Assembly: GCA_016618085.1 (NCBI GenBank)
Contig: JABLTG010000039.1
Span: 1 to 64,000, forward strand
DNA: 64,000 nucleotides
Source of the DNA: Neovahlkampfia damariscottae
Taxonomy: Eukaryota
Reading direction: 5' to 3'
Shown: one piece after another, positions 13,801-27,444 of the stretch
Layout: each line of letters opens with the position of its first letter
Position numbering within the stretch: position 1 is the first letter of the stretch
Made by a program: the position numbers and the translations under genes
The notes under the pieces: generated by a model
The model's input: only the letters and a program-made list of their open reading frames with translations
The model's database searches: none
Told to the model about the DNA's origin: nothing

Positions 13801-13895
13801 ATTTTAAATGGGTAAAAATTGATCCAAAGATTAATGTTGTTAATATTTTAAGAAGAAGTTTAAAAAAATCAAAGGAAAATAATTATCACAAATAA
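10832..13895 (+). CDS. Ubiquitin-conjugating (E2/UBC) domain protein with a long helical insert, an F-box-like segment and a C-terminal domain
   Basis: KRLLRDL...WHANIVG...SPYEG..FHL.L.FPEDYPNKPPKV...KICIDIL...GWSSSYSISSILLQIQSYL. Intron 12380-12410 joins the two ORFs in frame. LNDIPDDSMTEILEFL is F-box-like. ATG 10832 follows CCAAT at 10797. Confidence 0.8.
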
Positions 13896-13905
13896 AATTA
13901 TATAT

Positions 13906-15180
13906 TCATCTCCAATGAAATGATAAATCTATCAATTTATTTGAAAGGTTCAATTGGTCTCTTGGAATAATCAATTCTCCTTGTAATAGATATTTTGTGA
14001 TTTTGTTATTGTCAAGTTTGTATTCTAGTATCCATTGATTTTCAGATTTACTTATTTTGTGTTTTCCATTCAAAATCATTTCCCTATTTGATAAAACTGT
14101 CAAGGAATATTTTTCTAAATAATTATTCAATACATCTTGATACCATCCATCAATAGTATCTTCTTCTTCCAATTTTTTTATTTTCATTGTTCCATTCATG
14201 TACAATTTGATTTTCTCTCCATTGCCACTTATATTTGTAAATTTCAATACTCCACATTCGTTCAAATTGAAGAGTGAATGACAATTTGGAATTGAAAAAA
14301 AACATTCTTTTTCATAAATAATACATGAATCATATTTCAAAATGAACTTAAAATGAGTATTGTTTCTTATACTTTTTTTTGTTACAAAAACATCTTTTTT
14401 AGATTTACAACCAGCATCTATGCATCCATTGTTATATTCATATTCCATAGTATAATTTCTACTCTTTGAGAAATAATCAGATTTCAAAGTATCAATTTCT
14501 ACTGATAATTTTCCTTTGTACAACAAATTATCATGTATTCTAAAGAAGAGATATTTTTGAACTGGAAATACTTCCCACCATTCACTAAAAGGACTTTGAT
14601 AACCTTTATATTTTAATAAATATCTAAAAAATGTTGATTCAGTGAAACTACTTTTCATTTCAAATCCATCTTTTACAGTTTGTTTTAAATTTGAATCTTT
14701 GAAATGAATAATAATCTCTATTGAATCATCAAGAAATAATCCGAAACTTATTTTTATATTTTTCATCCTGTGAACTTTAATTGTTGGTTTTGGTGGTTCA
14801 AAATCAAAAACTGGATAAAAAACTTTGAAAGAATATAATGAGTCAATTCTGTGAGAACCAGTGTGTCCATAAACTTCAATTTGATAAAAACCTTTTTGTG
14901 GTGATTCTATTTTCCAAATTGTTGTGTTTACAATGTGATGTGAGGTTCTGGAAATTTTTAATTCTTTTTTATCTTTTCTTGAGATTTTAAAAGTCTTTCC
15001 ATAGTCTCTATAGAACTTTATGTATAATAAAGGTAATTCTTGTTGAACAGTGAAATCAAATTGTTTTTTGTGATTTGCATCTCCTTCTCCTTTGTAAATC
15101 TCTTTGGTGTTCATATTTTTAATTGGACCGAAATTATTTGTGAAAGATGGAGAATTTGATTTGTTTTCCAATGCTATCAA
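13906..15180 (-). CDS. Hypothetical protein (true start probably in a further upstream exon)
   Basis: 424 aa open frame; no family recognised. Confidence 0.55.
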   Translation of the reverse strand: MIALENKSNSPSFTNNFGPIKNMNTKEIYKGEGDANHKKQFDFTVQQELPLLYIKFYRDYGKTFKISRKDKKELKISRTSHHIVNTTIWKIESPQKGFYQIEVYGHTGSHRIDSLYSFKVFYPVFDFEPPKPTIKVHRMKNIKISFGLFLDDSIEIIIHFKDSNLKQTVKDGFEMKSSFTESTFFRYLLKYKGYQSPFSEWWEVFPVQKYLFFRIHDNLLYKGKLSVEIDTLKSDYFSKSRNYTMEYEYNNGCIDAGCKSKKDVFVTKKSIRNNTHFKFILKYDSCIIYEKECFFSIPNCHSLFNLNECGVLKFTNISGNGEKIKLYMNGTMKIKKLEEEDTIDGWYQDVLNNYLEKYSLTVLSNREMILNGKHKISKSENQWILEYKLDNNKITKYLLQGELIIPRDQLNLSNKLIDLSFHWR

Positions 15181-15429
15181 AGGGTTACAGAAATAGTTCT
15201 CAACAGTTCTTGCAAAATTAAAAAAAAAAAATCTGATGGAATAGGTGAAGGTGGTAAGGAATTAGATGTTATTGTGAACGTTTGAAAACAGCAGTTGTAA
15301 AAATTCCGGAATTGGGTCTTGCTTCTTCCAATTCAGTACATTTTATTTTGAATTTGTGGTGTTTCATTGGACATTCTCTCTTAACCAATAAAACATCGTA
15401 ACGACATACGTCAAGTCAAACAACCACAA

Positions 15430-15912
15430 ATGAACAATAACCCTCAAGAAAAAAACATCTTGAGTGACCAAACTGATACATTAACCATAGAACACATTGG
15501 AAAATTCAATGTTTTTATGCTTTCATTGTGTTCCGTTTTAGCGATTCTTGGAATTGTTGTCGGAGATGATTTTGATAAAGTTAGTGGTATTCTAACACTA
15601 ATAGCCACTGTATCTACTGGATTCAGTTTTGTAATACCATGGACAATATTCACGATTATGGGTATTCAAATAACAACTTTTTTCTTCATGGCTTTGGGCG
15701 AATGTGTACATTTTGCATTATTATTGTTGAACGAAATTTATTCACCAGTTAGAATATTTTTAGTTATGTTCAGAGTTTTTACGTTTTTCATTTCGGCTGT
15801 CGCTGGAATTTCATACTTACGAAGATTAATCAACAATTCAATTGCTTATACGAGATTATTAAGAAATTTAAGTGCTGGAAGTGTAAGCACTGAACCTGCT
15901 TATTATGATTAA
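15430..15912 (+). CDS. Small hypothetical membrane protein (about 4 TM)
   Basis: 160 aa ORF with four hydrophobic segments; CCAAT at 15385. Confidence 0.65.
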   Translation: MNNNPQEKNILSDQTDTLTIEHIGKFNVFMLSLCSVLAILGIVVGDDFDKVSGILTLIATVSTGFSFVIPWTIFTIMGIQITTFFFMALGECVHFALLLLNEIYSPVRIFLVMFRVFTFFISAVAGISYLRRLINNSIAYTRLLRNLSAGSVSTEPAYYD

Positions 15913-15960
15913 AATCATTTTTTTGTATTAATTCTTCATTTTTTTTGTTTTTTTCATCCA

Positions 15961-16521
15961 ATGAAAATTATTCTGGTGAACGAACAATGTTTGGTGTTTG
16001 ATGCAGAAAGTAACTGATATTCATTTTTTTTTATTTTTATTAAAGCTTGTTCTTTGTTACGTACTAAATTTCGAATTGTAGGAGAAACCATTGGAAATAG
16101 AAATTTAACATCTGGTAAAAAACTTCAAAAAGAAGTTCTTCCAATGTACTTATCAAAAGAATCTGTAAAACTATGTATAGAAGAAAAATTAATTGAAATA
16201 CCAAATTCTGAAAATTTCAATTTTCCACAAACAAAAGATGAAAAATTAAGATTTTTAATTTTCAAAGACCTCTGGAAGAAAGGATACTATGTCACTCTAG
16301 GTAGTAAATTTGGTGGTGATTTTTTGATTTATGGTGGAGATCCTCTGAATTATCATGCTCAGTTCATAGTTTTATGTTTAGAACCAAATGAATTTTTTCA
16401 AACTCATAAAATAGCATCATTAGGAAGACTTGGAAATACTGTGAAGAAGGATATTCTATTATCTACATATGATGAAAATGTAAACTGTTGTGATTACTTA
16501 ATTATGAAATGGCATAAATGA
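15961..16521 (+). CDS. TSEN34: tRNA-splicing endonuclease catalytic subunit Sen34
   Basis: LWKKGYYVTLGSKFGGDFLIYGGDPLNYHA and GRLGNTVKK (Y/H/K triad). ATG 15961; intron about 16010-16045. Confidence 0.85.
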
Positions 16522-16657
16522 GTCACAGATTTAAAATAAAGATTATGTTTTACTTTTGTGGATTTAGTTTCAATTCAATCCTTGATCAAATTTGTTGTAG
16601 ATTGAAACTAAAAGAACAATTATTTAAAAATGTGTTTTTTTTCAACAAATATTTATT

Positions 16658-17764
16658 TTATTGATATAATTTTGATGATAAAAAATCATCTGGTGCAAAT
16701 TTTAAAATAATATCTCTTAAATGTTTCAATTTTTGTTGTTTCGTTTTTTCATCACATCCTAAATTATACAACATTTTTAGATTTGAAACTGATATTTCAT
16801 TCAATGTTTCATTTGGATCAGACATTATTAAATCTTCAAGAAGACCCATAGCATTCTCTAAATTTCTACAATTTAAATAACAAATTGCGCAATTATTAGC
16901 AGCTTGAACATTTTTTGGATCAATAGACAAAACTGCATTAAATTCTTCAATTGCACGAGAATATAAACCATTTCCATAATTTAAAAAAGCCCTATTTAAT
17001 CTACATTGTACATCTTTTTCTGGATTTTCAGTTTCTTTTTCAATTTCATCAAAAATATTCTTTGCTGTTTTTATCATTCCAGTTTCAATATAAATCAAAC
17101 CATATAAACTTTTCAATTTTAAATCTTGATATTTTTCTAATATTTTTTCAATCAATTCAAGAACCAATGAATATTGATTTAAAATTAAATGACAATTAAT
17201 AATATAAAATAAAATTCTTTTTTCACGTATTTTTAAAGTATTCAATTGATTTTCTTCTTGTTCATTTTTTGGTTTTATTTTTGATTTTGATGAAACTAAT
17301 TCTTTTTCTGTTATACCAAATGGTTTCATTTCTAAATGAATTTTGTGTAATAAAAAATATAAACTATTTAAAGTATTTTGAGTTGATCCTTTAAAATGAG
17401 GTATTAAAGTTTTCATTAAAGTTAAACTAAATGGTGTATTATTGGTATCTGTTTCTTGTAAAACTTGTGCTGCTAAATCTGAATGTTCAAAACGTAAATG
17501 ACAACCAGCAAGTGATGTTCTGAGTTTAGAATCATTACCCATTTTTAAAAGAAGTACATTGAAATTTACACTTTCTTTCCAATTTCCGTTTTGCTTTTTT
17601 TTTTATTTTTATTTTTAACTTACTGCTAATTCAAGAAGACCTTCTGATGAAAGAGGTACTTGTGAGACATTTTTCAAAGCTCTTTTAGTTGGTTGAATAT
17701 TTGTTTTTAATCTACTTCCATTTGTTGATGGTTTGACTTTTTCTTGTTGAAGTGGATCATTCAT
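16658..17764 (-). CDS. TRAPPC12: TPR protein, TRAPPC12-like
   Basis: PFSLTLM motif and C-terminal TPRs (AANNCAICYL...NLKMLYNL); one 5' intron; ATG 17764. Confidence 0.65.
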
Positions 17765-17884
17765 CAGAAAAAGTGTCAAGGTGATTGGTCGAAAAAAGAA
17801 ATTAATTTATAATGTACAAAAGAGATTTTTTTTCACAAAGACATGTTTAAAATGTTAAAAGTTTTATCCAATCACAACCAAGAA

Positions 17885-19702
17885 ATGAAAATATTGGTGG
17901 TTTGTATGGTAATCATTTTGACTGCTCTAGTGAATTCACAAGATAAGATTATTTGGAAAAATAAATTCACTACAACATATTTCACAATACATGCTTCCAA
18001 AATACAACAGAACTCAACAAAAACAAATATCACTTCATTTCACATTCAATGTAAAACAAAGAATGGATTTCAAAAAGTCACTTTTCTTCCAAAAAATGGA
18101 ACAATTAATGAAAGTATGATATTTATACATTCAAGATATGGTCAAAACGTTCAACATTTTGGAAAAAAAGAACTCCAAAATATTGTGGTCTCTAAACAAT
18201 TTATTGATAATTCCTTCAAAATTTACAATTCAGCTATAGCAATTTATAATTTTAATTCAAGTGTATTTGACCATTTCTTTGATGAAAATGGATTCTTGCT
18301 TCAATTACATTCAAATTTTTATGAACCTTATTTTCAAAAAGGGTATTATCAATTTACCAATTCAGAACAAGAAATATTTGATTTCAAGAGACATTATACA
18401 TACATAGCTACTATAAAAATTGAATATTGGATCGAATTTCATCCACTAATCTATGTAGCACAAATCATTTCGTCACTCTATTGGATCGTGATGACATTTC
18501 TATTTCGAAACGTTCATCCATTAAAAGCCCACGGTTATGTTCCATTGGCATCAATATTTATGATAACATGGACCAACATATGGAGTTTTGGAGCATTTAT
18601 TCCTGATATTTCATGGTCAAAATATATTATGACCTATTGTAGGATGTTAGGACGAGCTCATTTCATTTCTGTTGTTGCAATCTTTCCAATTAACTTATTT
18701 CGATACCTAAGCTTGACATATTTAAATTACAGAAAAACAATTTATCAAAATGAAATGAATAGAGAAAAGAAGAGATTTTTGATTCAGCTTTTGACATTTT
18801 TGAGTCATAAATTGACACTTCCTGCTTTATTGATGGTTATTAATATATTGGTTACAATAATTTGTTTGTTGATTTCATTCATATTTCCTGATGATTTTAT
18901 GGAAATTGTTATTTATTTGACATGGATTTCGTTGATCTCTCCTTTGATGATTTTTTTACTCATGATTTTTGATGGTATTTATTTGATAAAGCATATGATT
19001 GAAAAATGGAAAAAGTACAATGGGGAATGTGGAAAATTATGGTTTCCATTCTCATTTTTAATGAAAATCATCAAAGAAGATCGTTTTCATTTTCGATTTC
19101 AAATTTACTTTCTGGGAGTATTAATTTTATATCCTTTGATTTTCTTATTTCCAAATATAAATTATGGAGAAAATTCAAAATTTCAAAGTCCTTTTCAAGA
19201 AATGTTGGAAATAGCATATACCACTTTTGTATATATTCTTATTCTGATGTCATCATGTACTTTATTTACAACTCTTGCTATTTTCAATAAAATACGAAGT
19301 TTATTTCAAAAGAAAAAAGGTGAACAAATGATGGAAGTTTTTGAAAATGAACAATTACTTGAACTCTTTATAGATTTCGCTGAATATGAGTTTTCAATTG
19401 AAAATGTCAGATGTTACAAAGATATAATGACATACAAAACATTAACATTAGACAAACAAAGAGAACATCTTGATAAATTCAACAAATTGTACCTACTTTC
19501 TTCTTCAGAATTGGAAGTGAACCTCCCACATTCAAAAAAGAAAATTTTTCAAGACGCTTTGAAGAATGATAATATAACTGATGATATTTTAGAAACGATT
19601 GAAATTGAAGTATCTGCTAATTTGGGGGATACATTTTCTCGATTTGTACTCACTCCAGAATTTGAAAACTATGATTTTACTCAAAAAATTATTGAAAATT
19701 GA
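17885..19702 (+). CDS. Signal peptide, multi-TM (about 7) region and C-terminal RGS domain
   Basis: MKILVVCMV signal peptide, placed after CCAAT at 17868 (alternative ATG 17843). Several TM helices. RGS motifs FIDFAEYEFSIENV, SELEVNL and NLGDTFSRF. Confidence 0.8.
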   Translation: MKILVVCMVIILTALVNSQDKIIWKNKFTTTYFTIHASKIQQNSTKTNITSFHIQCKTKNGFQKVTFLPKNGTINESMIFIHSRYGQNVQHFGKKELQNIVVSKQFIDNSFKIYNSAIAIYNFNSSVFDHFFDENGFLLQLHSNFYEPYFQKGYYQFTNSEQEIFDFKRHYTYIATIKIEYWIEFHPLIYVAQIISSLYWIVMTFLFRNVHPLKAHGYVPLASIFMITWTNIWSFGAFIPDISWSKYIMTYCRMLGRAHFISVVAIFPINLFRYLSLTYLNYRKTIYQNEMNREKKRFLIQLLTFLSHKLTLPALLMVINILVTIICLLISFIFPDDFMEIVIYLTWISLISPLMIFLLMIFDGIYLIKHMIEKWKKYNGECGKLWFPFSFLMKIIKEDRFHFRFQIYFLGVLILYPLIFLFPNINYGENSKFQSPFQEMLEIAYTTFVYILILMSSCTLFTTLAIFNKIRSLFQKKKGEQMMEVFENEQLLELFIDFAEYEFSIENVRCYKDIMTYKTLTLDKQREHLDKFNKLYLLSSSELEVNLPHSKKKIFQDALKNDNITDDILETIEIEVSANLGDTFSRFVLTPEFENYDFTQKIIEN

Positions 19703-19730
19703 AGAATAAATTTATTCTAATATTATAATT

Positions 19731-21593
<1,863 letters not shown>

Positions 21594-21649
21594 GTTGGGT
21601 CAAAAGCTTATCCAATCAAATTGTAGAATTCTTAACGAACTTTTATACT

Positions 21650-23067
21650 TTAATTTTTATTTAAAAAAAGATCATGTAAGATTGTATATATTTCGTACTT
21701 TATAAATTCAACCAAATGTTTTGGTGTATGTCCGCAGTGAATAGATTGAGCCAATGAGACAAAAGCAGGAGGAGAATTGAGTCCAATATCTGAAAAGAAT
21801 TTCTTCAATATTTTAGCATTCTTTCTTATTTGAGTCAATGATCTATTTGTCTCTGGTAAACTAGCAACAGAATGTGCTTCTTGTAATAAATCTTCAACAT
21901 CTTCTTGAGTGTCTTCTTCCTCTTCTTCTTTCATATGATCCATATAATCTTTGAAAATTAATTGAATTCTTGTTGCATCTTTGATCCCTTTGCACCATAA
22001 TTTTCTTGAAATTGTTGAACAAATGATGAAATTTCTCCATGATTTTTTTTCACCAATAAAACATCGAAATAGATGTTGTTGTAAAATTCGAACCATCCAG
22101 AATTCTGATGCACCTTCTCTTGAGTTTTGAAATGGTGATTTTTTATAAGCTTTAAGTTGTTGTTGATAAAAATCATTTAAATGCTCATTATTTTTGATAC
22201 AGTAATTAGATTCATTGAATATTGAAACTGCTTCTTTTGCTTCATCTTTGGTTTTAAAGTATTTTATTAAACCATCTAAAAGAGGACTATTTGTTGAAAA
22301 ATAGTCATAATCTATGTCTAACAAAGTTTCAGATGGGTTAAGCTTAAATTTTAATTTTTTTAAATCTCCAATTTTCATAGTTATGAATTCAACCTTTAAA
22401 TAAATTAAAAATTAATATGATTTACATCATGTGTTTCCTTTCCAAAACTTTCTGTTTTTTTTAATCTTTCACCATCTCCAATATATGTAGAAGAAGAATT
22501 TGTTCTAACTTTATTTGTTCCAGATTTATGTCCTATTTTAAATTTATCATAAGAATATTCATAATCTGGAGTTAGCCAAATTACACGTTCAATCAAACCC
22601 ACTTTACAAAAATGTTAAAGTTTTTTTTTATTTCACAAAATAACATTGGACTGATAAAATTAGCAATAGTAATACCATATTTTTCATGTAATAAATCGAA
22701 TTTCCAATTTAAAATGTCATATTTATTCATTTTGGTAATAATATCAATGTCCGGATCTTTTTGGGAAAATAAAAAAATGATCAACAAATTTACGAGAGTC
22801 AACGTGTAATAAGGTATATTTTTTTCCTTTGAGATGTTCATAATTTTCCAGCCAATGTTTTAAAACAAAGTCATGTGTATTTGTTTGAACAATTTTTAAT
22901 TTTGTGAAAATTTCTTTTTCTGGTGTTGAAAAGTAACACTTTTGAGGTTGAACATCAAAAAAGAAATTTAGTTTTGGGCAATTATCATTAGACAAAGCAA
23001 AAACGCAAATAAATAAGCTGAAGCAGAATAACAATGTTAAAAAATGAAGTGGATTGAGTTTTATCAT
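21650..23067 (-). CDS. UPF0489 (C5orf22-like) family protein with signal peptide
   Basis: LLHVDS(H)PD, IANFISP and LLDIDYDYFST motifs across spliced ORFs. Confidence 0.65.
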
Positions 23068-23216
23068 TTGTGATCGATTTGAACTTGAATTTTGCTCTGA
23101 TCAAAATTTCTTTCTCAACCGATTTTAACACAAGGAAATAATTGGACAATTTTGTTCACCTCCCAGTATTATGATTGGTTCTTCCTACTTTCTCACTCTA
23201 TTCAGAAAATAATGTT

Positions 23217-24416
23217 TTATTTATCATTTTCTTCATTATACTCCTCATCTGTTTCATAATCTTCATCAGAGTCAAGTATCATTGATAAACTGAATTCATT
23301 AAACAATTTTCTTGCACTTTCATGGCCATTGTTGGCAGCCAATTCTAATAAACTCATACCTAACTCTTCATCTTCAATTCCTAATTCTCCTGTCATCAAC
23401 ATTGAACCAAGCACTAATAAAATTCATTAAAAATTCGATTATCAAAAAATACTATATTGAGCAGAAGCATTTCCCTTTTCAGAAGCTCTATTATAATAGT
23501 CAAATGATTTTGACAGATTTTTTTCGCATCCTGATCCGGTATGATAAAATCCTCCGAGAAGATATTCTGCAGGAGTATATCCTGAATCTGCTGATTTTTT
23601 GCACCATTCAAATGCTTCATCTAAATCAACAGCTAGTCCTTCACCGTTACAATAAAATGTAGCTACTTCAAATTGAGCTTTTGGGTGACCTTGAATCGCA
23701 GCCTTCATGAAGTAATTGAAAGAAAATACATTTTCTTTTCTTGATAATAATAAACTACCAAACATCAATAATGCCGGTAAATAATTTGAATCTGCTGATT
23801 TTTGTAGATATTTATTTGATTCATCACCTTTTTTTAAAATCAAACTCAATAAATATTGTGCAGCAGGGTTATTTAAATCAGAAGAAATTTTGAAATATTC
23901 AATAGCTTTTGATTCATTTTTTTCAAATATTACACCTCTTTGGAGATAAATACCTAATGAATAATGAGCAAATGGATGATTTTTTGATCTCAATTTTTCA
24001 AAGATTTCAATTGCATTTTCATAATCTTGAAGTAGTTCATAAGCTCTTCCAATTGAATATAAATCATCATTAGATTGTGATTCTTGTTGTATTATATACT
24101 TAAATATTTCATTTGCTTCATTTTCTTTTTTCAAATTTTCCAAAGCTTCTCCTCTGAAGGTCAAAGAAATTAAATCTTTTGAGTCTTGAGTTTGTTGTAA
24201 AATTTCGTCGTATTTTTCAATTTCTTTTAAATTGGAAAGTGTTACCCAGTTCTCTATGAAGGATATTTGTTTTTCTTGTGGTTTTTCTTTTTCTTCTTTT
24301 TCTTTTTTTATTTCTGTTTCTTGATTATTGGTAAAAAATTTATAAAGACCAAAAGTGGCTATTGATACTGTTCCTATCAATAATAAATCTTTTGTCCAAT
24401 TTGTATTTCCACTCAT
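23217..24416 (-). CDS. Sel1-like repeat protein with N-terminal membrane anchor
   Basis: Repeats such as AQFEVATFYCNGEG...AFEWCKKSADSG; N-terminal hydrophobic segment; one 3' intron. Confidence 0.85.
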
Positions 24417-24510
24417 GTCTACAAAAAAAAGTGTGAGTTTTTTCAATTGGATAATCTTATTGGACCAATGAAGAGACAGAAAAATAAAAAACAAGAATAA
24501 AATTTTAATA

Positions 24511-26125
24511 TCAAACACAATTTGGTAACTGAGGCATACATAAATTGTAAAAATATTTTTTCAAAAACAAATTTCCATCTTTCCAACCACACCTGAACAA
24601 TCAAATGAATGAAATTCATCTTACCATCCTTTTTTAATGATCACATCAATATTTTCAGAACCAGTATAATGAGGATCTAAAATCAAAAAATTAATATCAC
24701 CTGTTTTTTCATTCCAATCAATTCCTAATAGTGTATAAGCTAAAACACCTCCTCCAATCATTATTGGTGTCCCTTGAGTCTTGAAATGATTTGATATTTC
24801 TCTTCCTTTGTGAATCATATCCAATCCAGATTCAACTCTCAAAATTTTTGATTGAATCTTTGAAATTAGTTTTTTTTTTTCATTTTACTCCCAAGTGTTG
24901 ATCTAACACAAGACTTAATTCAAAGGCACCAATCCATTCATTTGATCTGAAAAAACTTTTCTTTTTATCATTCATGTCAATCAAAATTTGTTGAATTTCA
25001 TGATGTGTTGGAATAGGTTTTTGTGAATACCCTTTGTATCTGAAATAAGAAATTAATGTTTGTAAACTTCTATAGGCGCATCTGAATATTATATTAAATC
25101 ATTTTTTTCACATACCCCCATCCAGAGTCATTGAAATTATCTTGCATATAATGATGATAATCATAATTTCCTTTAACTAAAAAAGTTGTACCTCCTTTCA
25201 CTTTTGAAGGAGGGCATGCTGTGTGAACATTTTTCAACAAATTAGATGAATTGTTTGATTGAAAATCCATGGCATTTGATGTTCTACAAAATGGTTGTGT
25301 GAGAGTGAAATACATTCTCTTATGATAATTCTCTCTCATAAAAACTAAAAATTTAAATTTAAATTCAAAATTACTTAATTTCTTTGAGTTTATTTCTTCA
25401 TACAAAAAATTGAAATTTTCGAAAGGATAATAAAGAGTGAAGACATGAGGATAATCATCAGGTAAATAATGATAAAAACAATGAATTGATGATTCATGAT
25501 ATTCTTTGTGATTTTTTAAAAAATTAATTTGTGCCTTTAATCCAGAGGATAAAGAAGTTTCTGAATGTTCATAAGTGATTACATCAAAAAAAAAGGTTTT
25601 CTTGAGACCTGAAGAAATTTTCCAATTATCTTCTTCTTTGTTTTCTTCTGTTCTAAGATAAATTTCAAAATTATTTTTTTCCTTTTTGAGGATAAAAGAA
25701 TTTTGTTTCAATTGTGTTAAAACTTTGTCAAATTTGTCTTCAAATTTTTCATTTTTTTCAAGAATAAATTGATATTCAAATTTTAAACGAAGTATTTTTT
25801 CATTATTTAAAATGTTTGAATCTATTACAATAATACTCTTTTCATCAATTAATTTTGAATTTTCATAACATTTCATTGTTGAATTTGGAGAACCAACAAT
25901 TTTAATTTTACAATCTTTTTCAATGTTTTTATCTTCAGAGTAATATATACCAACAACTGATAATCCTTCAGGTAACAATAAATCTTCTTCAGTTTCACCT
26001 TCCAAACATTTCATAATGTTCACAATTTCATTGTTGTAAGAAATTAACCAACCATGGATATCAGTTTTTAAGTGTTTGAAAATAGCTTCAAGTCTAGTGT
26101 AAATCAGCTTACTAACCTTCATCAT
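24511..26125 (-). CDS. UFSP2: Ufm1-specific protease 2 (peptidase C78)
   Basis: [23 protein letters not shown] (catalytic Cys across an intron), [20 protein letters not shown], terminal YNLCMPQ. Confidence 0.9.
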
Positions 26126-26172
26126 GGACACTGCTCGTTCAGACAATTGGACCAATAAGAAATTTAAAAAAT

Positions 26173-27444
26173 TTATTGTTGTTGTTGTTCTTCACCAGTA
26201 AATGTTTGTTCATAAATTTGTTGAAGTTGTTTAATAGCTGGAGCATGTCCTAATTTAGCAGCATTTGCAAGATAATCAATAGCAACACTTATTTCATCAT
26301 TGGAAGAAGGATTTCCTAACATATAATTAGCTAAAAGGTATAAAGCAGCAGGATAACCCATTTGAGCAGCAGTTTGTAAGAGTTCTAAATGTTTATCATC
26401 ACTAGCTTCAACACCAACACCATTTAAATAAAACAATGAAAGTTGATAATAAACAACAGGTGTTTTAACTGGAATTTCGTTACAAATGTCAAAAGCTTTT
26501 TTTTCATCTTTTTCAACACCTTTACCAGCTTGATAATAAGTACTTAAAGTAACTGATGATTCAACATCACCTAATTGAATTCCTTTTAATAATAATTCAA
26601 CTCCTAATTTTTCATCAACATCAACTCCGAAACCATTCATCAACAAGTAAGAATAACTTCTTAAACCAGGACAGTAATTTAAATCAGAGCATTTTTTAAA
26701 ATATTCAGAAGCTTCTGTTTGTTTTTGTTTTTGAATTGAAATATCTCCCATTGCCATTAGAGCAGGAAGATAATTTTTTTCACTTGATTTTCTAAATAAT
26801 TCTTCAGCTTCTGGTGTAGCAGTCATTGATAAAGCAAGTAAATAACATGAAATTGGTTCATTTAAATCAGCAGCCATTTTGAAATATTTAACACCTTTTT
26901 GTTCATCTTTTTTAACAAAAATACCATTTTGATAATAAACTCCGATAGTATATAGAGCAAGAGGATTTTCTTTTGAAGCTGCTTTTTCAAAACATTCAAA
27001 TGCTTTTTCTCTTTCATCAGATAATTGATGTGCTTTTCCAATAGAGAAAATATCATAGTCATCTTTTGGTGTTGTTGCAATGACAGATTTTAAAACTTCT
27101 TTTGTTTTTTCAAGATCTTCTAATTTGAAATATGCTTCAGCCAAAAATGTTTTTGACAATAAATCTTCTTTGTCTTTTGTTGATTCAATAATACCTTTCC
27201 AATCTTCAGTTGTTCTTAAATTCATCATTTCTACATTCCATTGGATTTGTGATTCTTGTAATTTTGCAGTTTTTGTGCTTTTTTCTTGTGATTCTGAAAC
27301 AACTTTTTTTTCTTCTGTTTTAGATTTTTTGGAATCTTTTTTTTTTTTTGTTGTTTCTCCACCGAAAAATGAATAGATTCCTATTCCTAATATTGATGCA
27401 ATACCAACTCCAAACATTCCTTTCATAAAATTGGACACACCCAT
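26173..27444 (-). CDS. Sel1-like repeat protein with N-terminal membrane anchor (paralog of 23217-24416)
   Basis: Repeats such as ALYTIGVYYQNGIFVKKDEQKGVKYFKMAADL; colinear similarity with the neighbouring paralog. Confidence 0.85.
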   Translation of the reverse strand: MGVSNFMKGMFGVGIASILGIGIYSFFGGETTKKKKDSKKSKTEEKKVVSESQEKSTKTAKLQESQIQWNVEMMNLRTTEDWKGIIESTKDKEDLLSKTFLAEAYFKLEDLEKTKEVLKSVIATTPKDDYDIFSIGKAHQLSDEREKAFECFEKAASKENPLALYTIGVYYQNGIFVKKDEQKGVKYFKMAADLNEPISCYLLALSMTATPEAEELFRKSSEKNYLPALMAMGDISIQKQKQTEASEYFKKCSDLNYCPGLRSYSYLLMNGFGVDVDEKLGVELLLKGIQLGDVESSVTLSTYYQAGKGVEKDEKKAFDICNEIPVKTPVVYYQLSLFYLNGVGVEASDDKHLELLQTAAQMGYPAALYLLANYMLGNPSSNDEISVAIDYLANAAKLGHAPAIKQLQQIYEQTFTGEEQQQQ

